A DNA stretch of 46,147 nt. It comes from Octopus bimaculoides. Lineage: Eukaryota. Under the pieces are notes generated by a model. The model had not been told where the DNA came from and searched no databases. It saw nothing but the letters and a program-made list of their open reading frames with translations. Within the stretch, counting starts at the first letter, position 1. Each line of letters begins with the position of its first letter. The stretch lies in assembly GCF_001194135.2 (NCBI RefSeq), contig NC_068987.1, forward strand, positions 69,236,987 to 69,283,133, written 5' to 3'. Position numbers and translations under genes: made by a program. Positions 1 to 14,898 of the stretch are shown piece after piece.

Positions 1-1178
1 ATATACTGATGTGGATATGTCTATGACTGTACATGTCAGTATGGTTGGTGGCATACATGGAGCATAAAATGGATGTTGTGTCAGGAAGAGATTATTTGTG
101 CAGATGTATGTCTATGTGTGTGCATGTTAAAAATATACGATATCATGAGGACTAATATACAATTTGGTATCAGTATGCGCACAGTCAAAACTATAGTGTA
201 GTAGAAATCATCGACCCGATATCAACGTCAACACAGAAACGCATAGACATACATGTGCGCATATACACCAGACACACATACACACATACCCGCATACACA
301 CTCACTGCTTCGTACCACGTCACAAATACAATCACATAATCATGCATGTATTTACGAAGATGTGTTTCGAGAAGCATATACCAATATTTGCGAGCTTCTG
401 CGTATGTGTATGTGTATATGTATATGTATGTATATGATGGAGTGGTGGTTTATTTATGCGTGTGAGTATATATATATATATGCTCTTAAATATATTTGTA
501 GATGTACATAAACAGAGATACATATAGTCATACATTCACACATATAGTTATATATTCATACAAGTCTGTTTTGTTTCTAAACTACGTTTTAGTCATTACC
601 GTTACGGACCTACCTGACAATCGAAAATATATTTATATATACGACATACAAGCTTCATGGTCTTCTAACCCAGCAATACAATACGCATGATATGTGAGTG
701 TATCTTTATGTGTATGTAAATGTCTGTATGTGTGAGTGGGTGTCTGTGCGCGTGCACACCTATATTGACCTAGACTTTCGGAACCTTAAGTTCAAACCTG
801 AAGTTTTGGGCTATAATAGATTATAATAATGTCCATGCGCTTTTAACGTGAATTTCAAGGCATAATGAAATTAAATCCTGGTTTCATTTTGTACTAGATT
901 ATTATTGCTTAAGTTTGTAGTGTACACTCTGATCTGCGCTTTGTATTTGACAATTATCTTTTCAATTTTATAAAAGAAATAGTAGACTAGTACAATTTTT
1001 ATCCGACAAAGGTGCTAAGCTGTAATCGGAATTCTTACTGGCGGAATTTCAAATTTGTTACTCAATATAACGAATCAGTTATTAAATTAAAAGTCAATGG
1101 CTGTTGGCAAAGATGAGCTACTTTACTTTGCTTTAATTATTAACATTTACTTTCACTATATTACCTGAAACTTTACAG

Positions 1179-1223
1179 ACTTGGTCATCCAAAGAACATG
1201 GAACGCAAGCAGTGGAAGATTTG
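1179..1223 (+). CDS. Candidate 45-nt internal exon of an unidentified gene
   Basis: Acceptor ctttacag| at 1171-1178 and donor TTG|gtaagt at 1224. All three frames are open (e.g. LGHPKNMERKQWKI or LVIQRTWNASSGRF). No protein family recognised. Confidence 0.3.
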
Positions 1224-1568
1224 GTAAGTTATCCATCACAGCTTATGAAGCGATTAAATCTGGTAAATAATGCAGCAGTCAAAAGCGGTTGGATTAGATT
1301 GTTAGAGAATCGGTCGAGATGCATTGCTGCATCTCATCCGGCCTCTTGCGTCTGTGACCCACTTGATTGAAGACGTATCCTTCGGGAACCAACTAATGCT
1401 GATAAGCATCCGATATCAGGAGGAGTGAAGCATCATTGATACTGCATATCGGTTGCGTCAGTATGCATGAATACAAATAAATCCTGCGTAAGAAGTGAGA
1501 TAAACGCAAGGAGAGAAAAATATGAGCGTGTGTATTTCTATGTTGGGACAATAAACCATAGAGTTAGA

Positions 1569-1761
1569 AAATCCTTTCTACTAAAAGCACAAAGCTTGAA
1601 ATTTTGAGGTAGGGGATTAGTCGATTACATTCAATGAAACTTAATTTATAGACCACCGAAAAATAAAACGCAAAGTCGACTTTGGCGGAATTTGAACTCA
1701 GAATGTAGAGACAGATGAAATGCCGCTAAGCCAGGAATGCTAACGATTCTGCCAGCTCGCC
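1569..1761 (-). mobile_element. tRNA-derived SINE, degraded copy (abundant octopus-type family)
   Basis: The reverse complement begins ggcgagctggcagaatcgttagc (A-box-like), contains gagttcaaattccgcc (B-box-like) then gtcgactttgc, and ends cttttagtagaaaggatt. A homologous fragment occurs at 20141-20204. Confidence 0.75.
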
Positions 1762-1993
1762 ATAGAAGTAATTAATACCAGTTTATAACGAAGAATTGGT
1801 ATATATGTACATGTGTGTGTGTGCGTGTACGTGTGTAAGTGCGTGTGTGTGTGTGTTGTCTAAAAAATCTAGATTACTGATGAGGAATCATTCTTTCGTC
1901 CAATGATTTGCTTACCTGTTTCAATGAAATTGTAAGTTGAACAAGGGTTTATTCGTCAATAATTTAACTTTATGGGCAAAAATGAAGCTTTAC

Positions 1994-2036
<43 letters not shown>

Positions 2037-2381
2037 CTCATATTATATGCACAGAGAGAGAGAGATATATAGAAAACGAGCGAAAAAAAGTGTGTGTGTA
2101 TCTGTTTATGAGTGTATTTGCATGTTTATGTGTGTGTGTGTATGTGTATGCATAAATGATAGAGCAGAATGAGAGAGATAGAGAAACATACCTTCCTCAT
2201 GCATATGTCAAATTTTATGTTTGAGATACAGATAGCTATATTATAGCCAGCACTTAATACGAAGAGTGACAAAAGAAGAGATAGAAAGTAAAACAAGAGA
2301 GACAGAGAGAGACAGAGAGAAGCGAAAGAGAGAGAGAGAAAGTAAAGGGGAAGGAGAGGGAGACACAGAAGAGTGAGATAG

Positions 2382-2428
<47 letters not shown>

Positions 2429-3462
2429 GATAACGATAAAATGAAAGGTGGTGATTGAGAGAGATGGGTTTGTGAAAAGAGTACAAAAATGATGGACGTG
2501 GAGGAAATATTTAGCAATTGAGACGACTTGCACACGCATCAAAGTAACTGCATGTGCATCTGACTATTGATATGGTTTGTCACTTTAAGCATCCATACAT
2601 TTATGTACTTGTGCCTATGTATCTATTTTAGCGTCTAACTGCATTATACTTTGCATTTTCGTATGTGCAGCGAGGTGTAACAGCGAACACAACCGTTTCT
2701 ATTCATACTTGTTGTTTTTCTTTAGTTTTTACAAAATGTCTTTTTATCTGACTTTAATATGCATAGTGTTGTATGTGTTTGGACTTGTACGTGTAAGTGC
2801 GTATACGTGTGGGTGTAAAATGCCCGTGTGTGCATTAATGTGTGTTAATGTGTGTTTGTTTTCTTGCAACTGCTTACTTGTTTCAGGAACTGTTTATACA
2901 TTTATAGATATACATATACATATATGTGGTGTACAAATGTGTCTATGAATGAGTATGATTATCTATGATTTACCAATATCTGTCAGCGTGTGCGTTCATA
3001 GTTGTATGCCTATGAGTGTGAGTTGTTCGTGTGGGCAGAGATATTTGATGTGAATTTGAGAGCTATGCAGTTTTTAATCTACATTTTTTGTTTGTATGTT
3101 ATGGTATGTGAATGATTTATTTTTTCTGTTATTTATTTTTTGCATGCAAAACATCGCAAAAAGGCTTCATCGCTGTGAAAGAGGGTCTTCTCATGCTGTA
3201 TCTCACATGTGTATCTGACTCCATAATCTACAATAAAATGCATATAGCAGAAGCTAAAAGCTGCAAAAGCTTACATCAATTCCGCTATCCGCCTATGGAA
3301 CAAAGAATGCTAGACTAAGCATCTAGTAGGGTTTTCCCCCACTTTCCTTCAGTTCACGAGCATTTAAGTAGTTACAGTTTAGGGAAGCAGCATTTAAAGA
3401 TATTACATCACGGAATGAAGACAGAATCACACTAAAAGATAAGGTATTAAGACCTGTGTGCT

Positions 3463-3463
<1 letters not shown>

Positions 3464-3540
<77 letters not shown>

Positions 3541-3541
3541 A
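3464..3541. repeat. (CTAT)n microsatellite
   Basis: Pure tetranucleotide run seen directly. Confidence 0.97.
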
Positions 3542-3807
3542 CTTTTTTTTTCATCTATCCATCTGTCTATGTAAATTCTGACAATACTGTAAGTATACAG
3601 ATCCATTATATAAGCACAATTTTTTTTTCGTAAGTTATGTGTAATATTGATGAAATCCCCTACGAATTCTATCTGATGACATATCGATCCTGGAAAATGA
3701 GAGATAATTTAGACCACCCAGGGAAATTTTAATTTGGAATATAGAGGGAAGAAACTAAACTCTGTTAGGTGTTACGGTTAGTGAATAACCTCCCTCTCAA
3801 CCTTCCT

Positions 3808-3966
3808 ACTTGCAAACCTACCTACTTGCCTACCTACCTATCCACCTACCTACCTATCCACCTACCTACCTATCCACCTACCTACCTTCCTACCCACATA
3901 CCTTCCAACCCACCCACCTACCTACCTACCTACCTACCTACCTACCTACCTACCTACCTACCTACT
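3808..3966. repeat. (CCTA)n degenerate microsatellite
   Basis: Seen directly. It generates the spurious PTYL-repeat ORFs; a similar (CCTA)/(CATA) tract lies at about 4655-4820. Confidence 0.95.
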
Positions 3967-5095
3967 TTAATACATACCTACACCCACACATATTTACATA
4001 TTTGTATGTGTGTAAACACGCACATACACGTACATACACACACACATACGCACACGCACATAGTTGCACGCACACATAAACCCATGGGAGAATTTCATGT
4101 TTGATATAGGGAAAAGAAAATTCTCAGCTAACTGAGATTATTCTTCTAATTAGAAAATGAAAGATGAAAGCACCTGAAGGTGAATTTTAAATTTTGCTTC
4201 CCGCTCTCCCTCCCCCTCTCTCTCATACATACATACATACATACATACATACATACATACACATAATTCATTTCAGCTTATTTACTACTTCCATACAGCA
4301 TGACTAAATCGCTTTTTTAAAGACGATTGTAACCGGTAACATTTTGATAAGGGTATGAATATTTTCTTCCTGGTATACATAATAAGGTTCTCAAAGCATT
4401 TTCATATGTGTGTGTGTATGTGTGAGTGTGTGTGTGTGTGTGTGTGTGTACGTGTACGTGTACACATGGCATTAATTATTCAATACATGAAGCAATATAT
4501 AGTTACTTCATCCCTACATCGCATAATCCGCGCTTTTCAGAGACGTCTAATCAAAGCAGAGTGATCTATTTACCGCAAGTAAGAAGATACACTAGCGGGA
4601 TAATCGGAGTATCGAAGGAAAGAGTCGTCAGCAATACACATGCACGCATACAAACATACATGCATACATACATACATACACCTACCTACTTACCTACCTA
4701 CCTACCTACCTACCTACCTACCTACCTGCCTACATACATACATACATACATACATACATACACACACCTATCAAACTACCTACCTACCTGCCTACATACA
4801 TACATACATACATACATACGCGTCTGTCTGAGTGCGTACTTGTGTATGGCGTATGATGGTAAAGTCATCAAAGCGTAGAAGGCAAATGTATGGCTATTTA
4901 ACTTTGCTTTCCATCGTACTTCGCACGCCATAAAATCGAATCAAAGTACTGTAATACTGGAATTATAGTAGAACAATTAAAAGGTGTTGCTGTAGCATAG
5001 CTGCTGTCCAATGCCAGAGTTCATTAAATGAGTATAAATGAGAATACACACACACACATACACACACACACTCACACACACACACAGACACACAT

Positions 5096-5474
<379 letters not shown>

Positions 5475-6176
5475 ACACACACGCATATAATTATGTGTGT
5501 GTGTATTGAAATCTACGCCCCTTCTTTTTCCCGAACAATCAGACGTACTTTCTCCATATATATTTAGGGATTAATTTCGTGCTTATGATGTCTCTGCTGT
5601 CGTCGCTTCTACGTTTATCGCCACATAATACCAAAAGGACATGCTTTTCAGCCGTAACTACTCTGTTTGGTTGCCAGTGATAGTGTTCACAGACTCATAT
5701 TATTACCTCATTGGGCTCATATTTTAATAAGACACGCAAATTGAGAATGACTTAGTTGCTATATCCAGCAGGTCGAGGGTCGAGACTCCCTCTGTTGTTT
5801 GTTGCCGTTCTTCTGGCAGGCACCCTCCTATTGTTACTAATATGCAGTCTGCCAATAATGTAATTCTATTTGTAGCTGGGATATTTCATGTCTACATTTA
5901 TACACAATGCCTTGCTTTCTATTGAGTATGTTAAACGTTTACATAATTATATTATACTTCTTTGCAATGTTTAATAAACATTTGCCAGTGCCGTTGACAT
6001 AAGGAGTGGTAGTTTCAATTATAGACAGCTTATTGTTTTGTCGATGTTATTCGTCTTCAAAGCGCGTGTATGCACACACAGAGCCAGACACTTATTCAAA
6101 ATACACATTATACATCAGCGCGCGCGCGCCTTCTCTATTTTACTTTCTTTTTTAGTCATTCTTAACGGTATTACAG

Positions 6177-6241
6177 GAAATGAAATGGCTGCGATTTTGA
6201 ATGAAAACGAGGTTGCAGTCACGTCTCATTGGAGCTTATTG
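6177..6241 (+). CDS. Weak candidate 65-nt exon
   Basis: tattacag| acceptor and TTG|gtaaaa donor. One open frame: (G)NEMAAILNENEVAVTSHWSLL. The donor is mediocre. Confidence 0.15.
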
Positions 6242-7880
6242 GTAAAATATTCCTACACGCAACGTAAATTTTAACAGATTATTCCAATTGTTTGGTCTAG
6301 AGACGATGATCATTACCAATGAAGAGGCGCATTTTCCCGAACAAAAGAAATAAAAATGAAAATTGTAATATATATGCCAGATAGTGCTGGATGGATGGAC
6401 CCATCACATATGAAACGAAAGAACTTAAACAACTGCCATGGAAATGTGAAAATATTGGTTCTGTTGGAATAAGTTGTAGCTTTGATGCAGAAATTTTAAT
6501 TTATTTCAAGCATAATGATTATGGTACAATAAAAATAGAACATTGAAGCACACTACACTATTTTATACTATTATATTCTCTACAAAATCGCTATAGTATA
6601 TGGAAGCTTTCTGGTCTCTATATTTCAACTAAATGTATGGTTCCCTCTAAACAAAATTAAGAAAAGAGAGGGAAAAAGAGGAATAAAAACAGAAACTGCA
6701 ACGAAAAAGTGGTTGCTGTCCATCAGAAAATTTTCATTCATCTGAATCACTAGAGCTCTCCTAATAAAACATAACAATTAAATTGCTGTCTAGTAACTAA
6801 AAAAAAACAAGAAATAATATGAACGAAAAAAATTATTTCCATGAAGCTGCTTAGCGTTTCTGCTGGTTTCCAGCAAATTCACAATAGTATTTGTGTCACA
6901 AAAACCGCCCTAAATTTCGTGCGGGTAGAAGTAGGAGCAGAAAAAACATCAATGGAGAGCAATACCACTATTAGTAGTTCATTCATGCCTGCCTCCATCT
7001 CGTATTAGCTTCACTTGTCTTTGCACGGATTTTTTGCCATCCTTTCTTTTCAATTGCGCACTTAACACACATCTCCATCGCCATCACTACATTACCCACC
7101 CAAACAGCAGTAGATCGTTCTCTTCGTCTTTGGTATTTTAGTTCTCCACTTTAAAACATCTCCCACACTACTCGCTCTACCTACATATTCCCACCATTGA
7201 ACACCTCCATTTAACTTTTAAAAAAAGACCACTGCTTCTTTTAGCTTCAAACTAGTTATTTTATTTTCTTCTTCGAATGTTCTAGTATCCGAACACACGC
7301 ACGCTTGCCAATTCCGAATACTTTACTAAAGCATGCAATATGTACACACCCATTAACTTCCATATGTATTTACACATTAATAACCTCCCATTTCTCTCGG
7401 CATTCATTTGACCGACCTTTCGTTCGCCAACCCGCAGAAAACAAGACACACGGACACACGTACAAGCACCAGCATAAACACTCACATATACATATATACG
7501 TATTTACATCCAATAACGGCAAAACCGACACGCCTAATGCGCTTGAGAAGAGACTGTAAAAGAGGAGAAAAACCGTGCAAAAACCTAAAAAAAAAAACAT
7601 AGGGAAATATATAATACTTGGTGGAGTAAAAATCCATAAAAAGGTTTGTTCAGCAAAAGGAAACGAGACAAAAAACGACCAGAGATGGAGAGAAAAACCT
7701 TTAGAAGAGGCGGGAAAAGGAGGAATGATGGGAAATTAAGCGAGATTTTAATTTGCAAAACTACAGCAATGATATAATGAATGGAAAAAGGAACTAAATC
7801 CTGGGTCGGCGCAAGAGCAGCCAATGAAACAGATTTAAGTGTTTATTTGATATGAGCATAAATGTGCATGAACCACTGCG

Positions 7881-8187
7881 TGCAGGAGTGGCTGTGTGGT
7901 AAGTAGCTTGCTTACCAACTACATGGTTCCGGGTTCAGTCCCACTGCGTGGCACCTTGGGCAAGTGTCTTCTACTATAGCCTCGGACCGACCAAAGCCTT
8001 GTGAATGGATTTGGTAGACGGAAACTGAAAGAAGCCCGTCGTATATATGTATATATATATATATGTATGTGTGTTTGTGTGTCTGTGTTTGTCCCCCTAC
8101 CATTGCTTGACAACCGATGATGGTGTGTTTACATCCCCGTAACTTAGCGGTTCGACAAAAAGAGACCGATAGAATAAGTACTAGGCT
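7881..8187 (+). mobile_element. tRNA-derived CORE-like SINE, well preserved; 3' end runs into the gap
   Basis: A-box-like tggctgtgtggt, B-box-like ggttcagtccc, CORE-like ggcaccttgggcaagtgtctt, an internal (TA)/(TG) tract, and a tail gaccgatagaataagtactaggct. Matches a highly repeated octopus SINE as recalled. Confidence 0.9.
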
Positions 8188-9151
8188 NNNNNNNNNNNNN
8201 NNNNNNNNNNNNNNNNNNNNNNNNNNNNNNNNNNNNNNNNNNNNNNNNNNNNNNNNNNNNNNNNNNNNNNNNNNNNNNNNNNNNNNNNNNNNNNNNNNNN
8301 NNNNNNNNNNNNNNNNNNNNNNNNNNNNNNNNNNNNNNNNNNNNNNNNNNNNNNNNNNNNNNNNNNNNNNNNNNNNNNNNNNNNNNNNNNNNNNNNNNNN
8401 NNNNNNNNNNNNNNNNNNNNNNNNNNNNNNNNNNNNNNNNNNNNNNNNNNNNNNNNNNNNNNNNNNNNNNNNNNNNNNNNNNNNNNNNNNNNNNNNNNNN
8501 NNNNNNNNNNNNNNNNNNNNNNNNNNNNNNNNNNNNNNNNNNNNNNNNNNNNNNNNNNNNNNNNNNNNNNNNNNNNNNNNNNNNNNNNNNNNNNNNNNNN
8601 NNNNNNNNNNNNNNNNNNNNNNNNNNNNNNNNNNNNNNNNNNNNNNNNNNNNNNNNNNNNNNNNNNNNNNNNNNNNNNNNNNNNNNNNNNNNNNNNNNNN
8701 NNNNNNNNNNNNNNNNNNNNNNNNNNNNNNNNNNNNNNNNNNNNNNNNNNNNNNNNNNNNNNNNNNNNNNNNNNNNNNNNNNNNNNNNNNNNNNNNNNNN
8801 NNNNNNNNNNNNNNNNNNNNNNNNNNNNNNNNNNNNNNNNNNNNNNNNNNNNNNNNNNNNNNNNNNNNNNNNNNNNNNNNNNNNNNNNNNNNNNNNNNNN
8901 NNNNNNNNNNNNNNNNNNNNNNNNNNNNNNNNNNNNNNNNNNNNNNNNNNNNNNNNNNNNNNNNNNNNNNNNNNNNNNNNNNNNNNNNNNNNNNNNNNNN
9001 NNNNNNNNNNNNNNNNNNNNNNNNNNNNNNNNNNNNNNNNNNNNNNNNNNNNNNNNNNNNNNNNNNNNNNNNNNNNNNNNNNNNNNNNNNNNNNNNNNNN
9101 NNNNNNNNNNNNNNNNNNNNNNNNNNNNNNNNNNNNNNNNNNNNNNNNNNN

Positions 9152-9192
<41 letters not shown>

Positions 9193-9932
9193 TTCTGTAC
9201 TGTTGTGCACTCTACGACATACTGTTTATTTCTCATTATGGCGCTTATATAGAATTTCCTTGTGTAAAACCCGTGTACGAAACCGTACACGCGCAGAATT
9301 GTAAACGAAATTAAATACATTTTGTATAAAGTATACAAAACATAGCAACATCAACAAACTTTGCAAGGGCTGAGCAGTAGATGTTCCCTGCGGGGAAGTG
9401 ATATTGTCTGCTGTTTCAAAGATAATCCGTAGTTTGAAAGATTGATTCAGGAAAAGTTGTACAGATAATTGTAACAAGCATACGGAACTAGAGCGGGCCG
9501 ACAGAAATGGCAATGATAGAGATGGGAATGGTGCATATGGTGATGGAGGCTGTAGCGATGTTTGTGGTGGTGGTGGTGGTGTATGTGGTGGTGGTGGTGT
9601 ATGTGGTGGTGGTGGTGGTGGTAATAATAATGGGGTCTAGTGCTTCCACCGGAGTAAAATTAGGGATTAAAACAATTTGGGGAAGAGGAGGTTGAAGTAA
9701 AAAGTACCGATAACAAAGCAAATAAAATGAATAAAGGAAGAAGTAAAGATTCAATAATGGAAAGTAAGATTTTAATCAACAAAACATTTATCAGAGCAAA
9801 GACAATAGCAGCAACAGGGAATTTTAAAGCGCAGCATCAAATCTAGCGACTAATAAACAAATGAAGTCATGAATGAATGCATACATACATATCTACCCAA
9901 AAGCAAGTATACATACATAAATACATGTACCT

Positions 9933-9982
<50 letters not shown>

Positions 9983-10471
9983 ACACACACATATTGCATG
10001 TACGGTTTACGTATGCTGCAACGCACTCTGCCTCACGTTTCTCTTTCTCACACATATATAAACATACGGGCATATACATACATACATACATACATACATN
10101 NNNNNNNNNNNNNNNNNNNNNNNNNNNNNNNNNNNNNNNNNNNNNNNNNNNNNNNNNNNNNNNNNNNNNNNNNNNNNNNNNNNNNNNNNNNNNNNNNNNN
10201 NNNNNNNNNNNNNNNNNNNNNNNNNNNNNNNNNNNNNNNNNNNNNNNNNNNNNNNNNNNNNNNNNNNNNNNNNNNNNNNNNNNNNNNNNNNNNNNNNNNN
10301 NNNNNNNNNNNNNNNNNNNNNNNNNNNNNNNNNNNNNNNNNNNNNNNNNNNNNNNNNNNNNNNNNNNNNNNNNNNNNNNNNNNNNNNNNNNNNNNNNNNN
10401 NNNNNNNNNNNNNNNNNNNNNNNNNNNNNNNNNNNNNNNNNNNNNNNNNNNNNNNNNNNNNNNNNNNNNNN

Positions 10472-10526
<55 letters not shown>

Positions 10527-10837
10527 ATATGTATATACACGCACATACAAACATACATACATGCATGCACGCATGCATACATGCATACATACATACACAC
10601 CTATAAATATATAGCATTATAGCATTACAAAGGATATAGTAGAGACCGTTATAGTATTTTACTTTATCTTTCTCCCTCTCCCTTTCTCTGTTCCCACTTT
10701 TGTCCCTTCACTACGCCATTTTCTCATACACCCCGTTATCTTTCGTTTGCTCTGCCTTTTCCTAATGTTTAACTTCCTCCATATTTTTCAATCTTTTGAT
10801 TTCTACTCTGCATTCTTTCTTTTTATTTCTTTTATTA

Positions 10838-10838
10838 C

Positions 10839-10892
<54 letters not shown>
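10838..10892. repeat. (ATT)n microsatellite
   Basis: Seen directly; source of the poly-I and poly-L ORFs. Confidence 0.96.
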
Positions 10893-10893
<1 letters not shown>

Positions 10894-11869
10894 GCTCTTT
10901 CCTTATTGCTTTCTCTCCTTTTTGCTTTTCACCCTTTCTTTCTATCTGTCTCCTCTTACTCATTTTCTTGTTTTTTTTTGTTTTTGTTTTTACTCTCTTT
11001 GTCTGTTTGTCTGATCTCTTTTCCATCCATTGATCTCCTGCCTTATCTTCAAACTGCAATATATGCGAAGCTTTTTCCAAAGTTCGTTCATTTGAATGAG
11101 CCCCGGTTTCATATACCACATTACAGTAACAGTATCAAAAGTTCTTCCGGATTTTCAGCATTAACATGGACCGAAAAAACATAAACGTTTATATAAATGC
11201 AAATGTAAGACATGCATATTTGTATGTATAATTATATATTATATACATACATATGCGTGTGTTTTGCGAGTTTTGTCATTAGGTGTGCGTGTATATATAT
11301 ATATNNNNNNNNNNTGTGTGTGTGTGTGTGTGTATGTGTCTGTGTGTGTGTGTGTGTGTGTATGGAAATATGAGTTTGTCAATCACCACATTATTTATCA
11401 TTTTCATCTATCAACCCAAAGTAATCATGCAGCTCAAAGCTTACCAGCAGCAGTATTAACAAAGATATTTTCAAAAAAACAAAACAATACAAAATGTATT
11501 CTTGTTAACATGAGCTTTGAACACTTCGATTCATCAAGTGGTTACTTCTTAACAACCGAACTTAAGATATGGTTATTGAAACGTAATATACAGCAAGAGA
11601 TTTTCAGTACAATAACACCTTGATATATCTATAGGATTTTGAGTCATTTTCCGGTTGTTAACTGTAACCACTTCTTGCCAAGTTAGTGAACCAAATGCAA
11701 AAGAAAAAAAAAGAAAAAGAAAAGGAACGGTGACGATAAAATGAGTAAAATGAACTCAATATGAATATGCCAAAGGACAACAAGAACTACCTCCACTAAT
11801 CCGTGTTAAGTTTTTACCTTTTGTTTTCAATTACTGATGGAATGGAAATATTCTCCTAAGTATGGATGC

Positions 11870-11918
<49 letters not shown>

Positions 11919-12299
11919 AAATAATAAATGAGTATATGCATATATACGTACATGTATGTACATACTTACATCTACCTGTATATATAGTTGCATATCTGGG
12001 TACAGGACATTGTAAACAAAGCGTAGTCAAAATGATAAACGAGTACAGAAAACACACAGGCCACATAGAGAACATCTCCTTCATCAGCTGCCTCCATTCT
12101 AACACAGGCGTTTCGAAGAATAGGGCAAAGTACTTAAACTATATATATATATATATATATATACATATATACATAAATGCATATTTGTATTTAGACACAT
12201 ACACAGACACACACAGATGCACACACACACTTTTCAAAGTGCTTAGTTTTAGAAAGAGACATTTCATTTGCAAGTATTGTAATATCATGTGATGGAAAT

Positions 12300-13240
12300 T
12301 ATAGATACCCAGTTTTTAGTATAAAGTTTGGTGGGAAAATGTTAATAGAGAAAATAAATAGCCTACGTGTAAAGATATGCCTAAGGTGATGACTGATAAA
12401 CGCCATCATTTATGAGTGGATAAAACATTTCGAAGATGATGGAAAACTCAGTGACACATATGAACCAGGAAATCGTTACAAATGATGGGGAAATTTTTGG
12501 AATCGATAAATAAATGACCATTCAGAAAACTTATAATTAACGGAACGTCTCTTCTGGATCATTTCAGATGATTTTGATTGAAAAAAAAGTTTTCGTGTCC
12601 CATTTGTGTTGGAGATTGATTTCAGTTCACTGTCTTTTGATATAAAAATAATAATGAAAAAAAAAATGCCAGAAATTAATTCTACTCCTACCCTTTGCAA
12701 CACCTAATTGTGATAAACCAGCGGCGTGTAGTTGTATCCCAGAAACAAAGCTCCAGTTATTTTAGTCCAACACGTCATCACATCTCAATAGAACTCCACT
12801 GTGTGCATCAAGTGTGAAGAAAATGTTGATCGTATTTTTTTTGATGTCTGAATAACCTGAACCTAATGGTCAAAAGAGTAGTCAAGTCTTTTATATAGAG
12901 TATTTGATTCAATTAAAGAATAAAGTTGAAAGAAATCACTATGAGCTGTGATGGAAAATGGTCATTGACTTCCTCTCCATGGCAACGCATCTTCATCCAT
13001 TTTGTCTGCATACATGAATTACTCTTGCGATACGACTGCTCCCTTATTCATATCATCCAAGTCAATGATATTTTTTCACGCTCTCTAACAATCAAAATGG
13101 AGCTTGGTTGTAAAGAAATGCTCGATTTTCTCACAATATGAACGCAAAACATAGTCACATAACAACTTATGGTTTCCAACATTGCATCTGAAAGTAGCAA
13201 TAAAGATGACTCATATGCATATCATCTGAAAGATTACTTT
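12300..13240 (+). mobile_element. Decayed Tc1/mariner (mariner-type DD34D) transposase relic
   Basis: Collinear fragments in shifting frames: IYEWIKHFEDDGK (12408; cf. VYEWVKRFKDGR), PETK (12739; cf. YDPETKQQS), SVKKMLIVFF (12811; cf. KxMLxVFWD), LHGNASS (12975; cf. LHDNAxxH), LWFPTL (13167; cf. FxLFPxLK) and C-terminal DYF (13232). Many stops and frameshifts. Confidence 0.8.
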
Positions 13241-13650
13241 ACTGATAACAGCGTATAATATTGATATATTTGTTTGTTCTTTGAAATAAATACATGTTTT
13301 TAAAGAACTTGTATACACAATTATGTGAACGTATTGACAGGAATAAAAAAAATAGTCACAGAATACTCGATCAAAATCAAAACAAATCACGTTCATATCA
13401 GCCAATCTAGAAGGCTACTACATCACTTTTTACCAATTATTTTAAAGCCATATTTTTTTTATAGATCCGTTTTTTTCTGAGACCTATTTATCATATTGTG
13501 TATATATGTCGAAGTAATTGTGAGAGTGTATATATATCTATATATACAGATTAACACACAAAGAGATATACATATTAATGTATGCGCCGACGTATTCACA
13601 CACACACACACACACAAATGGACACACGTTTATATATACATAACTTTATA

Positions 13651-13685
<35 letters not shown>

Positions 13686-14838
13686 NNNNNNNNNNNNNNN
13701 NNNNNNNNNNNNNNNNNNNNNNNNNNNNNNNNNNNNNNNNNNNNNNNNNNNNNNNNNNNNNNNNNNNNNNNNNNNNNNNNNNNNNNNNNNNNNNNNNNNN
13801 NNNNNNNNNNNNNNNNNNNNNNNNNNNNNNNNNNNNNNNNNNNNNNNNNNNNNNNNNNNNNNNNNNNNNNNNNNNNNNNNNNNNNNNNNNNNNNNNNNNN
13901 NNNNNNNNNNNNNNNNNNNNNNNNNNNNNNNNNNNNNNNNNNNNNNNNNNNNNNNNNNNNNNNNNNNNNNNNNNNNNNNNNNNNNNNNNNNNNNNNNNNN
14001 NNNNNNNNNNNNNNNNNNNNNNNNNNNNNNNNNNNNNNNNNNNNNNNNNNNNNNNNNNNNNNNNNNNNNNNNNNNNNNNNNNNNNNNNNNNNNNNNNNNN
14101 NNNNNNNNNNNNNNNNNNNNNNNNNNNNNNNNNNNNNNNNNNNNNNNNNNNNNNNNNNNNNNNNNNNNNNNNNNNNNNNNNNNNNNNNNNNNNNNNNNNN
14201 NNNNNNNNNNNNNNNNNNNNNNNNNNNNNNNNNNNNNNNNNNNNNNNNNNNNNNNNNNNNNNNNNNNNNNNNNNNNNNNNNNNNNNNNNNNNNNNNNNNN
14301 NNNNNNNNNNNNNNNNNNNNNNNNNNNNNNNNNNNNNNNNNNNNNNNNNNNNNNNNNNNNNNNNNNNNNNNNNNNNNNNNNNNNNNNNNNNNNNNNNNNN
14401 NNNNNNNNNNNNNNNNNNNNNNNNNNNNNNNNNNNNNNNNNNNNNNNNNNNNNNNNNNNNNNNNNNNNNNNNNNNNNNNNNNNNNNNNNNNNNNNNNNNN
14501 NNNNNNNNNNNNNNNNNNNNNNNNNNNNNNNNNNNNNNNNNNNNNNNNNNNNNNNNNNNNNNNNNNNNNNNNNNNNNNNNNNNNNNNNNNNNNNNNNNNN
14601 NNTTGAACTGATTAAAAAAAGTAACTATTATTGCTTTAATTTTGTTTTCACACCATTTAATTACAGTCAATTTGGCTTGATTTGATAACTATTTCTTTTC
14701 TTTAAAGTTGCTTGTATCAATTATCAATAAAAGAATTGTAATTTTTCTTTCTCTTTCATTTACAGTAACTATTAATTATTATTCGCATTGTCTTGTTTGT
14801 TGTTGTTGCTGTTCTTCTTCTTCTTCTTATTATTATTA

Positions 14839-14840
14839 TT

Positions 14841-14897
<57 letters not shown>
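14839..14897. repeat. (TAG)n microsatellite
   Basis: Seen directly. Confidence 0.96.

Positions 14898-14898
<1 letters not shown>

Noticed and set aside
1316-1335. 8-bp hairpin gagatgca/tgcatctc
   Set aside because: Short enough to occur by chance in 46 kb.
1876-1900. CTGATGA at about 1878
   Set aside because: No GAAA follows the potential stem II.
3673-3710. CTGATGA..GAAA motif
   Set aside because: Stem II is weak, and there is no palindromic or pairable stem III or stem I.
12061-12125. Minus-strand GAAAC..CTGATGAAG suggesting a permuted hammerhead
   Set aside because: Stem I cannot be formed between the UH site and the core.
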